The notes under the pieces: generated by a model
The model's input: only the letters and a program-made list of their open reading frames with translations
Database searches by the model: none
Told to the model about the DNA's origin: nothing
Assembly: GCA_965215865.1 (NCBI GenBank)
Contig: OZ244125.1
Location: forward strand, 2,525,093-2,589,092
Reading direction: 5' to 3'
Length of the DNA stretch: 64,000 bases
Source: Balneola sp.
GTDB lineage: Bacteria > Bacteroidota > Rhodothermia > Balneolales > Balneolaceae
Position numbers and translations under genes: made by a program
Shown here: positions 17,942-27,800 of the stretch, piece by piece
Position numbering within the stretch: the first letter of the stretch is position 1
How the letters are laid out: each line of letters starts with the position of its first letter

Positions 17942-17992
17942 ATTATATAGGAAAGAAAAATATTCATCTTTAAAAGAGTTTAAGAACAGCCC

Positions 17993-19249
17993 ATGGGAAT
18001 GGACAAGAAAATTGAAAAGAAAAAATGGACGCCTAAAAAGATTGGCCTCATTGTTATCGTTTTAGCATTCATTGGATTTACAATCTACAGCTTTGCTTAT
18101 ATGGATTTCAGATCCACACTCAATGTTGAAAAAGAAAAGCTGACCATTTCTACTGTCGCTGAAAATTCATTTCAGGAGTTTATTCAGGTCTCGGGAACTG
18201 TTCAACCAATTCGTACCATTTTTCTGGATGCCCTTGAAGGTGGAGTGATCAAGTCGGTTAACCTCGAATCCGGAACCACTGTAGAAAGAGGTGACACCAT
18301 CGCTGTTTTAACAAATTCTTCTCTTCAATTAAGTGTACTTCAGCAGGAAGCAAGCCTTTATGATCAGATCAACAACGTCAGAAATTCCCGTTTGAATCTG
18401 GAGCAGAATAACCTTCGGCTTAAAGAACAATTGATCAGTGTAGAAAATCAATTGAACCTTGCTAAGCCTGAATTTGAAAGACAAAAATCATTGTACGAGA
18501 AAAACCTCACCTCTGAACAGGAGTTTCAACAGGCTAAAGAAAATTATGAGTATCAGAAAAAGAGATATGAAATAAGTTCTGAGTCCTTTAAACGTGATTC
18601 AGTTCAAACAAGATCACAACTAAGGCAACTTGATGAATCTGAAAAACGCATGTTCAGAAGTTTGGATGGAGTTCAGGCTATTTTAGAAAACCTGATCGTG
18701 ACTGCTCCAATTAACGGTCAACTTACCACTGTAGAATTACAACAAGGTCAGTCAATTAACAGAGGCGAAAGAATTGGTCAGGTAGACATCCTTGATAATT
18801 ATAAAATCAGAGTTGGAGTGGATGAGTTTCATTTGTCCAGAATTACTACCGGTTTGGAAGGTTCATTTAATTTCGCTGGCCAAACCCATGAATTAGTTAT
18901 CACGAAGGTTTATCCGGTTATCAATAATGGTCAATTTCAGGTTGACATGGAATTTGTGAATGAGGCACCGTCCGGATTAAGAAGAGGTCAAACTGCAAGA
19001 ATCCGACTAGAACTTGGGGAATCCTCAAACGCTCTGCTTCTCCCAAGAGGCGGTTTTTATCAAACCACAGGTGGAAATTGGGTTTTTAAATTGAATGAAG
19101 ATGGCACTCAGGCAGTAAAACAAAATATTCGATTGGGTCGTCTTAACCCTGAGTATTACGAAGTATTGTCGGGATTAGAGGCTGGTGATCAAGTAATTAC
19201 ATCAAGCTATGATACTTTTGGAGATAATGAGGTTCTTGAACTGCAATGA
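17993..19249 (+). CDS. Periplasmic adaptor (HlyD/MacA-type membrane fusion protein)
   Basis: N-terminal TM anchor, lipoyl-like halves (GDTIAVL / APINGQLT), a long coiled-coil hairpin, and a beta-barrel domain. Confidence 0.85.
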   Translation: MGMDKKIEKKKWTPKKIGLIVIVLAFIGFTIYSFAYMDFRSTLNVEKEKLTISTVAENSFQEFIQVSGTVQPIRTIFLDALEGGVIKSVNLESGTTVERGDTIAVLTNSSLQLSVLQQEASLYDQINNVRNSRLNLEQNNLRLKEQLISVENQLNLAKPEFERQKSLYEKNLTSEQEFQQAKENYEYQKKRYEISSESFKRDSVQTRSQLRQLDESEKRMFRSLDGVQAILENLIVTAPINGQLTTVELQQGQSINRGERIGQVDILDNYKIRVGVDEFHLSRITTGLEGSFNFAGQTHELVITKVYPVINNGQFQVDMEFVNEAPSGLRRGQTARIRLELGESSNALLLPRGGFYQTTGGNWVFKLNEDGTQAVKQNIRLGRLNPEYYEVLSGLEAGDQVITSSYDTFGDNEVLELQ

Positions 19250-19304
19250 GCATTCTGAAAATGAAATATTGCCAAAATGAATCACCTAAAGACTTTTCAA
19301 AAAA

Positions 19305-19334
19305 GCTATCAGCTGTTAGCTATCAGCTGTTAGC
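19305..19334. repeat. Tandem quasi-palindromic 14-mer (gctatcagctgtta x2), A-run/T-run flanked
   Basis: Direct reading. Related strings occur at 19725-19752, 41734-41789 and 47702-47733. It can fold as a hairpin between caaaaaa and ttttcc, so it may act as a bidirectional terminator. Confidence 0.65.
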
Positions 19335-19343
19335 TTTTCCTCC

Positions 19344-19700
19344 TCATTTTCTCCCAACTGCTATATATAATTTGCTCAACATTTTTTTTACTTCTATTAA
19401 TTCATTAAGAATTATTTGGCAATTACCATCACTTACAAACCGTAGGTCATTAGATAAAATAATTTGGTATTCCAGTTCTGAAGCAGAGCCAAGTGCAATG
19501 TTTAAGAAGTATGCAAACTGGGAATCACTACCTCTACCACAACCTTCTGCAATATTTGTTGGGATTGATGATGCTGAGCGTCGCATCTGTGTCACGAGGC
19601 CATATACCTCTTCTTTTGGGAAGCTTGTTGTAAGCTCATATACACGCAGTGCTACTTTGTGTGATTTCTCCCATACTTTCAAATCTCTAAAATTCTTCAT
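19344..19700 (-). CDS. Four-helix-bundle protein (23S rRNA intervening-sequence protein / Avd-like family)
   Basis: 118 aa. FRDLKVWEKSHKVALRVYELT..FPKEE.YGL..Q.RR.A.SI..NIAEG..R.S...F..FL.IA.GS..E are hallmark family motifs. Confidence 0.9.
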   Translation of the reverse strand: MKNFRDLKVWEKSHKVALRVYELTTSFPKEEVYGLVTQMRRSASSIPTNIAEGCGRGSDSQFAYFLNIALGSASELEYQIILSNDLRFVSDGNCQIILNELIEVKKMLSKLYIAVGRK

Positions 19701-19718
19701 AAGTCAATTTAATTCATT

Positions 19719-19762
19719 GGTTAAAGCTGTTAGCTATCCGCTAATAGCTGACCCCTTTAACC
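19719..19762. repeat. Hairpin element containing the gctgttagctat / ctaatagct motif
   Basis: Outer stem ggttaaag / ctttaacc. Inner imperfect stem agctgttag / ctaatagct. Confidence 0.6.
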
Positions 19763-19831
19763 AAGTAAGACACACTCAACCAAATTCCTTACAAAAATAT
19801 AAATAAATACATAACACAAACTAACTGAACA

Positions 19832-20521
19832 ATGATACAAGCAAAAAACCTCAAAAAAGTCTACTCAACGGAAGAAGTAGAAACAACTGCTTTGAATAAC
19901 GTAAACATCGAGATCAAAGAAGGTGAGTTCGTAGCCATAATGGGTCCTTCAGGTTGTGGAAAATCCACTTTGCTGAATATTATGGGCTTGCTGGATAATC
20001 CCAGTGACGGCGAATATCATTTTCTTGGACATGATGTTTCTAACAAGACGGAAAGGGAACGAGCTCAGCTTCGCAAAGGAAATATTGGATTCATCTTTCA
20101 AAGTTTTAACCTGATCGATGAGCTTACTGTATTCGAAAATGTGGAACTCCCTCTTCTTTATCTGGGGATGTCTGCTGATGAACGAAAAGAAAAAGCAGAA
20201 GCTGCTCTGGAAAGAATGAGCATGATGCATCGCCGAAATCACTTTCCTCAGCAACTATCCGGTGGACAGCAGCAACGTGTAGCCATTGCCCGGGCAGTAG
20301 TAGCAAATGCTAAACTGATCCTTGCCGATGAGCCTACCGGTAATCTGGATTCTGATCATGGTAATGAAGTAATGAAAGTACTCGCAGAGTTAAATGAGCA
20401 GGGAACGACAATTGTAATGGTAACTCACTCCCCTCATGATGCGGACTATGCGATGCGCGTAATTCACCTATTTGATGGACATGTAGTTACTGAAAATATG
20501 CAGGAAGGCTTTCACGTCTAA
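19832..20521 (+). CDS. ABC transporter ATP-binding protein (MacB/LolD type), copy 1
   Basis: Walker [11 protein letters not shown]-loop, signature [14 protein letters not shown], Walker [13 protein letters not shown]-loop VTHS. Confidence 0.92.
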   Translation: MIQAKNLKKVYSTEEVETTALNNVNIEIKEGEFVAIMGPSGCGKSTLLNIMGLLDNPSDGEYHFLGHDVSNKTERERAQLRKGNIGFIFQSFNLIDELTVFENVELPLLYLGMSADERKEKAEAALERMSMMHRRNHFPQQLSGGQQQRVAIARAVVANAKLILADEPTGNLDSDHGNEVMKVLAELNEQGTTIVMVTHSPHDADYAMRVIHLFDGHVVTENMQEGFHV

Positions 20522-20541
20522 AACTATTAAAGGTATCTGTC

Positions 20542-23001
20542 ATGCTTAAGAATTATATAAAAATCGCTCTTCGAAGTCTTTTTAAACAAAAGATGTACTC
20601 CTTTATCAATATTTCAGGATTAGCTTTAGGAGTTGCTTGTTGTGCGTTGATTCTGCTCTATACAACTAATGAATGGAGTTTTGATAAATTTCACTCCAAA
20701 TCAGATCGCATTTATCGTGCATGGACATTAGAAGACTATGGGGAAGGTGATATTTATTTCAATACAGTTACGCCATTTGTATTGAAACCTACTCTTGAGC
20801 AAAGTATACCTGAAGTTGATCAAATTGCCCGACGATATGTATTCAATGATCTTGTTAAACGATCTGAATCTGATGAGTCTTTTTCAACTTCAATACAAGC
20901 AGTAGACCCTGAGTTCTTTTCCATTTTTGATTTTGAATTATTAAGGGGCGACTCTGAACAGATTTTCTCCGGGCTGAATGAAGTTGTACTTACACCGGAA
21001 TTGGCAAACCAATACTTCGAGAATGAAGATCCATTACAAAAAACTCTTTTAGTAATGATGGGAGGTGAATTCCAGGCATTTACAGTTACCGGAATAATAG
21101 AAGAGCCTCCAACTAATTCCAGTATTCAATACGGATTACTTATCCCGATGGAAAAGGCGCAGACAGTTCTAAATCCAAATTCATTACTGAATTGGTACAG
21201 CGTTACTCCTGAGACATATGTTCTTTTAAATGAGCAAGCCGATTTAACCGCTGTGCAAGCAAAGTTCCCTGCTATGATGGAGCAAGCACTCGGTGAGGAT
21301 TACAATGAAGGAGAATATGAAGTTGGCCTCCAACCTATCACTGATATTCATTTAAATACAGAGTTTCCGGTTGGAATTGCTTCCGTAAGTGATCCAACCT
21401 ACTCCTACATTTTAGGAGCTATTGCTCTTTTAATACTCGTGATCGCTTGTGTCAACTTTATGACTTTATCTATAAGCCGTTCTACTTCAAGAGCTAAAGA
21501 AGTCGGGATCAGAAAAACGATTGGAGCTGAACGTCATCACCTAATGTATCAGTTTTGGGGAGAAGCTCTGTTAATGACTGTATTTTCAGTAAGCCTTGGT
21601 GTGTTAATCTCTGAATTCCTTCTGCCTTTCTTTAACCAGCTTTCAGGAACACAGCTTTCACTTCAGCTAAGTTTAAACACAATTCTACTCTATTCAGGTT
21701 TGGCTCTTTTTATCAGTTTGATTGCCGGTATTTATCCGGCTCTTGTTCTGTCAAACTTTAAACCAATTGAAGTACTCAAAGGTAAGCTTCAGTTAAAAGG
21801 AGACAAAAATATTTTCAGAAAAGGAATGGTTGTATTCCAATTTACCATTTCCATTTTTCTGATCGCATGTACTCTTATGGTTAATAAACAATTGGATTTT
21901 CTTCGTTCAAAAGATCTGGGTTTCCAGAAAGAACAAATCGTGATCATGCAAACAGATCTCCAGCTTGGGCCACAGATGGGATTCTCTCAAATAACAAAGG
22001 AGTCTGTTCGCAAAAAAGAACTCTTTGAAAGTCAAATCTCTTCTAATTCAAGCGTTATGGATCTGGCTTCTTCCATTTATACGCCGGCACAACAAGGTTG
22101 GATAGGTGTTGATTTTAAAGATACCGATCAGCAAACAAGACGGATGAATATCAATTTTGTAGATGCTGATTATCTGAATATGATGGGGATTAAAGTAATT
22201 GAAGGCAGAAGTTTTTCTGATGAAATTACTTCTGATGAGCGCAGAGCTATTATTGTAAATCAGGCGTTGGCAGATGATTATGGATGGGAAAATGCAATTG
22301 GAAAAAAACTTCCGGGAAGTAATTTTGAAGACCATGAGATCATAGGTGTAGTTGAAAACTTCAATTATCAATCCTTACGCACCTCTGTTGAACCTTTAGC
22401 AATGTCTATCAACCCTTCTCTGCTATTAAGCGGTATTGCTAATATCGGCTTCTTTAACTCTCCTTCGCCAAGAATTTCACTAAAAATAAGCTCCGAAAAC
22501 GTTCTTGAGACAATCAGAGAATTGGAACAAACCTGGGCAGCTGTGTCACCCGGAACACCGTTTAATTTTCAATTTTTGGATAGTTCTATTGACAGCCAAT
22601 ATCGACAAGAAGAAAGATTACAAAAAATAGCAATATCAGGCTCAGCTCTAGCTATTATCATTGCATGCCTCGGTCTTTTTGGCCTCGCTTCGCTAATGAT
22701 CTCAAGAAGAGTTAAAGAGATTGGCATCCGAAAAGTTCTTGGTGCTTCAGCTACCAGCATAACCCTTTTAGTAAATAAAGAATTTACGGTTCTTGTACTT
22801 GTATCCATCCTTTTAGCTGTACCGATGGCATGGTATGCTATTTCAGTCTGGCTGGATGATTTTGCCTACAAAGTCGATATGGGTTTTTGGTTGTATGTGC
22901 TAGCCGGAGGAATAGCGATTTTTATTTCCTGGGCTACCATAAGTATTCAATCTATTAAAGCAGCACAGATAAATCCGGTTAAAAGTCTCAAATCCGAATA
23001 G
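20542..23001 (+). CDS. ABC transporter permease, duplicated MacB_PCD + FtsX modules, paralog 1
   Basis: 819 aa. N-terminus MLKNYIKIALRSLFKQK. Two FtsX 4-TM modules, each with the SR..KE(V/I)GIRK..GA motif. C-terminus NPVKSLKSE. Confidence 0.9.
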   Translation: MLKNYIKIALRSLFKQKMYSFINISGLALGVACCALILLYTTNEWSFDKFHSKSDRIYRAWTLEDYGEGDIYFNTVTPFVLKPTLEQSIPEVDQIARRYVFNDLVKRSESDESFSTSIQAVDPEFFSIFDFELLRGDSEQIFSGLNEVVLTPELANQYFENEDPLQKTLLVMMGGEFQAFTVTGIIEEPPTNSSIQYGLLIPMEKAQTVLNPNSLLNWYSVTPETYVLLNEQADLTAVQAKFPAMMEQALGEDYNEGEYEVGLQPITDIHLNTEFPVGIASVSDPTYSYILGAIALLILVIACVNFMTLSISRSTSRAKEVGIRKTIGAERHHLMYQFWGEALLMTVFSVSLGVLISEFLLPFFNQLSGTQLSLQLSLNTILLYSGLALFISLIAGIYPALVLSNFKPIEVLKGKLQLKGDKNIFRKGMVVFQFTISIFLIACTLMVNKQLDFLRSKDLGFQKEQIVIMQTDLQLGPQMGFSQITKESVRKKELFESQISSNSSVMDLASSIYTPAQQGWIGVDFKDTDQQTRRMNINFVDADYLNMMGIKVIEGRSFSDEITSDERRAIIVNQALADDYGWENAIGKKLPGSNFEDHEIIGVVENFNYQSLRTSVEPLAMSINPSLLLSGIANIGFFNSPSPRISLKISSENVLETIRELEQTWAAVSPGTPFNFQFLDSSIDSQYRQEERLQKIAISGSALAIIIACLGLFGLASLMISRRVKEIGIRKVLGASATSITLLVNKEFTVLVLVSILLAVPMAWYAISVWLDDFAYKVDMGFWLYVLAGGIAIFISWATISIQSIKAAQINPVKSLKSE

Positions 23002-23013
23002 GGAGAATTAGCT

Positions 23014-25425
23014 ATGTTCAAAAACTATATAAAGATTGCGTTTAGAAACCTCTTAAAGAATAAGAGCCAAACGGTCATCAATGTTGGTGGACTAACACTC
23101 GGTATAATCTGTGCTATTGTCATTTTCCTGATTATTCAATTCGATCTCAGCTTCGATAAATGGCATGAAGATTCTGATAAAATTTATCGTGTTGTACGGC
23201 ATGAAACTGAATTCGGAAAAAGTGTTTACTATCGTGGAGGTCCATATCCACTTGCTGAAGCTGTCAGAAATGATGTTACCGGTATTGAGTATTCCACTTT
23301 AGTTTTTAATAACCTTGCTAACGAGCCAATCATATCATATTACGATAATGGCAATCTTGTTAAGAAATTAAAAGAAAGTGATTTTGCTTTTGTTGATCCC
23401 GACTACTTCAACATCTTAACTTATACCTGGCTATCAGGAAATCCTGAAACTGCCATTAAAAATCCTAATACTGCTGTTGTTACTCAAAATTTTGCCCTGA
23501 AATTATTTGGCACAACTGATGTTTTAGGCAAATCAGTAGTCTTTAATGGTGGTACAGCCGCAGATATTGAAATCACGGGCGTAGTTAAGGATATGCCTGA
23601 AAATTCAGACTTCCCTTTCACATTTATTGGTGCTAACTCAACCATGGAGAGAAATGGAGAAACTGCAGAAAATCCAAGTTGGGGAAGTAACTCAAGCTCT
23701 ATGCAAACTTACGTCAAGTTGGAGCCCGGTTTTTCAGAAGAACAGATCAATGAACAACTTGAAGCATTGATTGTAAAATATCGAAACGAGGAAGTTGCTG
23801 CTGAGCTAGATCTCTTTCTGCAACCTCTTTCCGAAATTCATTTTGACAGCCGTTTCAGTAATTATAATGGACGTGTCATAGAAAAAAGCATGTTGTTAGC
23901 TCTTGGTATAATTGGTCTTTTTTTACTTATAGCAGCTTGTATCAACTTCATAAACCTCAATACAGCAATAGCAGTAAGCAGATCGAAAGAAGTAGGTCTA
24001 CGAAAAACATTAGGAGGAACAAAATCTCAATTAATGCTTCATTTTTTTGGAGAAACAGCTTTTATAACTCTAATAGCATTAGTTTTGGGAGTAGGTTTAT
24101 CAGAAACCGTTCTTCAAAATATATCTCCTGTTTTAGGATTTTCTCCTGAGATGAACCTCTTATCTAATGTTGAATTACAGCTCTTTATTGTATCAATTTT
24201 CCTGCTGGTAACGTTGCTTGCGGGTTGGTATCCGGCTCAACATCTCTCCAATTTTAATCCAATAGAAGCCATCCGAAATAAGATCCAGTCAAACTATGGG
24301 AGAGGTCTTACTTTAAGAAGAGGATTGATTGTAGTGCAATTTACCATTACTCAGGTATTAATTATTTGCACATTAATAATGGCTTCCCAGATAAGATATT
24401 TTCAAAATCAGGATTTAGGTTTTGAGAAAGAAGCCGTTGTTCAAGTTCCCATCCAAAATGAGAATATGCCCATTCTTAATGTTTTTAAAAGCTCATTACT
24501 GAATAAAACTACTATTCAAAATGTCAGCTTTTCTAATACAGGGACCACAAATAACAGTGTTTGGGGTGGGAATTATATAATGATCGAAGACTCCATCAGG
24601 CATGAAAATTCAGGTCAAGTCAAATTCATCGATGAAAATTTTATTGATACCTATGGACTTACCTTACTGGCTGGTACAAACATACAACCATCTGATACTG
24701 TTAACGCTTATATAGTGAATCAGTCATTTGCGAAAGAAGTTGGGTATGGAGATAACCTTTCAGGCTTGATTGGTAAAACAGCTTCCATGTGGGGAACAGA
24801 AGCTCCGATTGTTGGAGTAGTTAAAGACTTTAATACTCAATCTTTACATGAAGGCTTGGCCCCTGTTTTATTAGCTCCCAGAAAAAGCTTCTTTCTTTCC
24901 GCTGTTAAAATTAACACCTCCAGAACTAAAGAAGCTTTGGGTGATATCGAAAGAGCTTTTAATACAGCGTTTCCGGATCTGGTATTCGAATATTCATTTC
25001 TGGATGAATCAATAGAAAGTATGTACGAAGATGAACAACGTACAGCCAAGATCATGAACGCATTTACTTTAATTGCTATCATAATTGGCTCTTTGGGTCT
25101 ATTTGGGCTTGTTTCTTACATGTCAACAACCAGAACCAAAGAAATAGGTGTTCGAAAAGTACTGGGTGCAAACCTACTGGATATTCTAAAATTATTTGGA
25201 ACAGAACTAGCTCTTTTAACAGGAATCTCGTTTGTGATAGCAGCCCCTATTTCATGGTATTTGATGAGAAACTGGCTTGAAGAATTTGCTTATAAAATTG
25301 AGCTGGGAATTGGAATATTTCTACTTGCACTTTCGGGAATCTTATTGATATCTGTATTAACCATAGGATATAAGTCGCTCAGAGCTGCTCTTTCCAATCC
25401 AATTGAATCCTTAAAAAGCGAATAG
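23014..25425 (+). CDS. ABC transporter permease, duplicated MacB_PCD + FtsX modules, paralog 2
   Basis: 803 aa. MFKNYIKIAFRNLLKNK. SRSKEVGLRKTLGG and TRTKEIGVRKVLGA. C-terminus NPIESLKSE. Confidence 0.9.
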   Translation: MFKNYIKIAFRNLLKNKSQTVINVGGLTLGIICAIVIFLIIQFDLSFDKWHEDSDKIYRVVRHETEFGKSVYYRGGPYPLAEAVRNDVTGIEYSTLVFNNLANEPIISYYDNGNLVKKLKESDFAFVDPDYFNILTYTWLSGNPETAIKNPNTAVVTQNFALKLFGTTDVLGKSVVFNGGTAADIEITGVVKDMPENSDFPFTFIGANSTMERNGETAENPSWGSNSSSMQTYVKLEPGFSEEQINEQLEALIVKYRNEEVAAELDLFLQPLSEIHFDSRFSNYNGRVIEKSMLLALGIIGLFLLIAACINFINLNTAIAVSRSKEVGLRKTLGGTKSQLMLHFFGETAFITLIALVLGVGLSETVLQNISPVLGFSPEMNLLSNVELQLFIVSIFLLVTLLAGWYPAQHLSNFNPIEAIRNKIQSNYGRGLTLRRGLIVVQFTITQVLIICTLIMASQIRYFQNQDLGFEKEAVVQVPIQNENMPILNVFKSSLLNKTTIQNVSFSNTGTTNNSVWGGNYIMIEDSIRHENSGQVKFIDENFIDTYGLTLLAGTNIQPSDTVNAYIVNQSFAKEVGYGDNLSGLIGKTASMWGTEAPIVGVVKDFNTQSLHEGLAPVLLAPRKSFFLSAVKINTSRTKEALGDIERAFNTAFPDLVFEYSFLDESIESMYEDEQRTAKIMNAFTLIAIIIGSLGLFGLVSYMSTTRTKEIGVRKVLGANLLDILKLFGTELALLTGISFVIAAPISWYLMRNWLEEFAYKIELGIGIFLLALSGILLISVLTIGYKSLRAALSNPIESLKSE

Positions 25426-25432
25426 GAAAATT

Positions 25433-27793
25433 ATGTTTAGAAATTATATCAAGATCGCCTTGCGAAATTTGAAAAAAGATAAGGGATACACCCTTATAAA
25501 CTTAATAGGGCTCAGTATGGGTATAGGAGTCTGTCTTATTATTTTCATTTTCCTCCAATTTCACTTGAGCTTTGATTCTTTTAATAAAAAAGCTGCTAAT
25601 ATATATCGTGTAACCACCTCAGAACAAGGACCTGATGGTGATTTTCGTAGTACCGGAAGTATGGAGGGTGCGCTTGCACAAACCCTGTTAGATGAAATTC
25701 CTGAAGTGCGGGCGTCAGTAAGAGCTAGCAGATATGGTAAAACATTAATTACCATAGGTAATGAGAATTTCTATGAAGAGAATATTCTAAGAACCGATCC
25801 CTCTTTATTCGACATTTTCACATTCCCATTTTCACAGGGTGATCCGAAAACGGCACTTTCTGATAAATCCAATATAGTATTAACAAAGTCTGTCGCGCAA
25901 AAATACTTTAGGGAACAAAACCCTATAGGTCAGGAGATTGTCTTTAATGAAAGAAATCGATACATCGTTACCGGAATTTTAGAAGATCCCCCAGCACAAT
26001 CACATATCAATTTTTCTATGGTTATAAATATACCGGACTCTCTCTCCGGAAGATCGATAATGGATTGGAACTGGCTTCGCTCTTTCCACACTTATGTTTT
26101 ACTCGATGAACAAGCTTCCCCGAACGATGTAGAAGCAAAAATTCCAAGTATCCTTGAAGGTAAAATGGCATTAGGAAATGCTGAGTTTCACCTCCAGTCA
26201 TTAACGGATATTCATTTAAAATCAGATTTAGGATGGGAACTGTTTCCGGAACGCATTTTCAGTATTAATTATATATACCTTTTCAGTATTGTAGGAATAT
26301 TTATTTTACTAATTGCCTGCATAAACTATGTGAACCTCGCAACCGCCCGGGCTACTACCCGATTAAAGGAAGTTGGTGTAAGAAAAGCTGCAGGTGCCCA
26401 ACAAGGAAATTTGTTCTGGCAATTTACCGGAGAAGTTTTGTTACTCACCTTTACTTCCGCAGTATTCTCTCTTGGACTTGTTGAGCTACTACTCCCCTAC
26501 GTGAATAAATTAATGGACCTCCAACTTTCTTCAATAGTCATATGGTCTCCGTTATTCATAACTGGATTTATCTCTTTCATATTTCTGATTGGAATCATTT
26601 CCGGAACCTATCCTGCATTTATTCTTTCGTCTTTTAAACCGGCTGAGATTTTTAAAGGCAACGGAAAATTACTAACCAGTGAAGGATTACGTAAGGGATT
26701 GGTGGTATTCCAATTTTCCGTCAGTATGATCTTAATTATAAGTACGATTATCATAGATCAACAATTGACTTATTTCCAAGACAAAAACCTTGGTTTAAAT
26801 ACTGAACAAGTATTGAATATTTCACTTGAATCAACCAAAACAAGAGAACTCGGAAATGTTTTTCTTGAAAAGCTCGCAAATCACTCCAGCATAGAATCAG
26901 TTTCAGCATCCGGAGACCTGCCCGGAAACAGTGGTACTACATTATACCTATATCCTTTCGAGGATCAAGAATTACCCATGCCTGCGCGTTACATGAGTAT
27001 AGACCCACAATTTATTAAAACCATGGAAATGGAATTGATTGCAGGCACAAACCTTACAATACCAAATACAAAATCAGAGCAAATTTCAGTAATTGTAAAT
27101 GAAACTGTAGTAAAAGAAATGGGCTGGAAGCCTGATGAAGCTATAAACCAACGACTAGATAGATTTGTAATAATTGGTGTCGTCAAAGATTTTCATTTTG
27201 AATCCCTTGAACAAGAAATCCGTCCTGCTGTTATGGCTCCACTTGGTGATGCTAATCCAGATTATATCTCCGCCCGGCTTAGCCCTTCAAATATTTCAGA
27301 GACGATGGATTGGATAAGAAAAGAATGGGATACAGTAGCGGATTCTTATCCTTTTCAATTTACGTTTATGGATGATACTTTCGAAAGTCTTTATAGGTCA
27401 GAAGAACGATTGGGAATACTTTTTACCGTCTTTTGCATTATAACAATCATTATCGCATGTCTCGGTTTATTTGGCTTGATGGCATTTATGGCAACAAAAC
27501 GTACCAAAGAAATAGGCATCCGAAAGGTTTTGGGAGCTTCCATTGTCGATATCGTAACCCTTCTCTCGAAAGATTTTATCAAGCTTGTCGTTCTTGGTTT
27601 TGTCATTGCAATCCCTATTGCTTGGTATGCTACAAATCAATGGCTTGCAGACTTTGCTTATCGCATCGAAGTTAGTGTCGATATTTTTGCTTTTACTGGA
27701 ATTTCAGCAATTCTAATATCCTTTTTTACAATAAGTTGGCAGGCTATTAAATCAGCTCTGTCAAATCCGGTTGAATCCTTAAAAAGCGAATAG
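25433..27793 (+). CDS. ABC transporter permease, duplicated MacB_PCD + FtsX modules, paralog 3
   Basis: 786 aa. MFRNYIKIALRNLKKDK. TRLKEVGVRKAAGA and KRTKEIGIRKVLGA. C-terminus NPVESLKSE. Confidence 0.9.
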   Translation: MFRNYIKIALRNLKKDKGYTLINLIGLSMGIGVCLIIFIFLQFHLSFDSFNKKAANIYRVTTSEQGPDGDFRSTGSMEGALAQTLLDEIPEVRASVRASRYGKTLITIGNENFYEENILRTDPSLFDIFTFPFSQGDPKTALSDKSNIVLTKSVAQKYFREQNPIGQEIVFNERNRYIVTGILEDPPAQSHINFSMVINIPDSLSGRSIMDWNWLRSFHTYVLLDEQASPNDVEAKIPSILEGKMALGNAEFHLQSLTDIHLKSDLGWELFPERIFSINYIYLFSIVGIFILLIACINYVNLATARATTRLKEVGVRKAAGAQQGNLFWQFTGEVLLLTFTSAVFSLGLVELLLPYVNKLMDLQLSSIVIWSPLFITGFISFIFLIGIISGTYPAFILSSFKPAEIFKGNGKLLTSEGLRKGLVVFQFSVSMILIISTIIIDQQLTYFQDKNLGLNTEQVLNISLESTKTRELGNVFLEKLANHSSIESVSASGDLPGNSGTTLYLYPFEDQELPMPARYMSIDPQFIKTMEMELIAGTNLTIPNTKSEQISVIVNETVVKEMGWKPDEAINQRLDRFVIIGVVKDFHFESLEQEIRPAVMAPLGDANPDYISARLSPSNISETMDWIRKEWDTVADSYPFQFTFMDDTFESLYRSEERLGILFTVFCIITIIIACLGLFGLMAFMATKRTKEIGIRKVLGASIVDIVTLLSKDFIKLVVLGFVIAIPIAWYATNQWLADFAYRIEVSVDIFAFTGISAILISFFTISWQAIKSALSNPVESLKSE

Positions 27794-27800
27794 GAAAATT

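Noticed and set aside
19246-19806. 186-aa plus-strand ORF overlapping the adaptor stop
   Set aside because: It is the antisense shadow of the clearly recognisable four-helix-bundle gene (19344-19700, minus). Its composition is low-complexity and it has no motifs.
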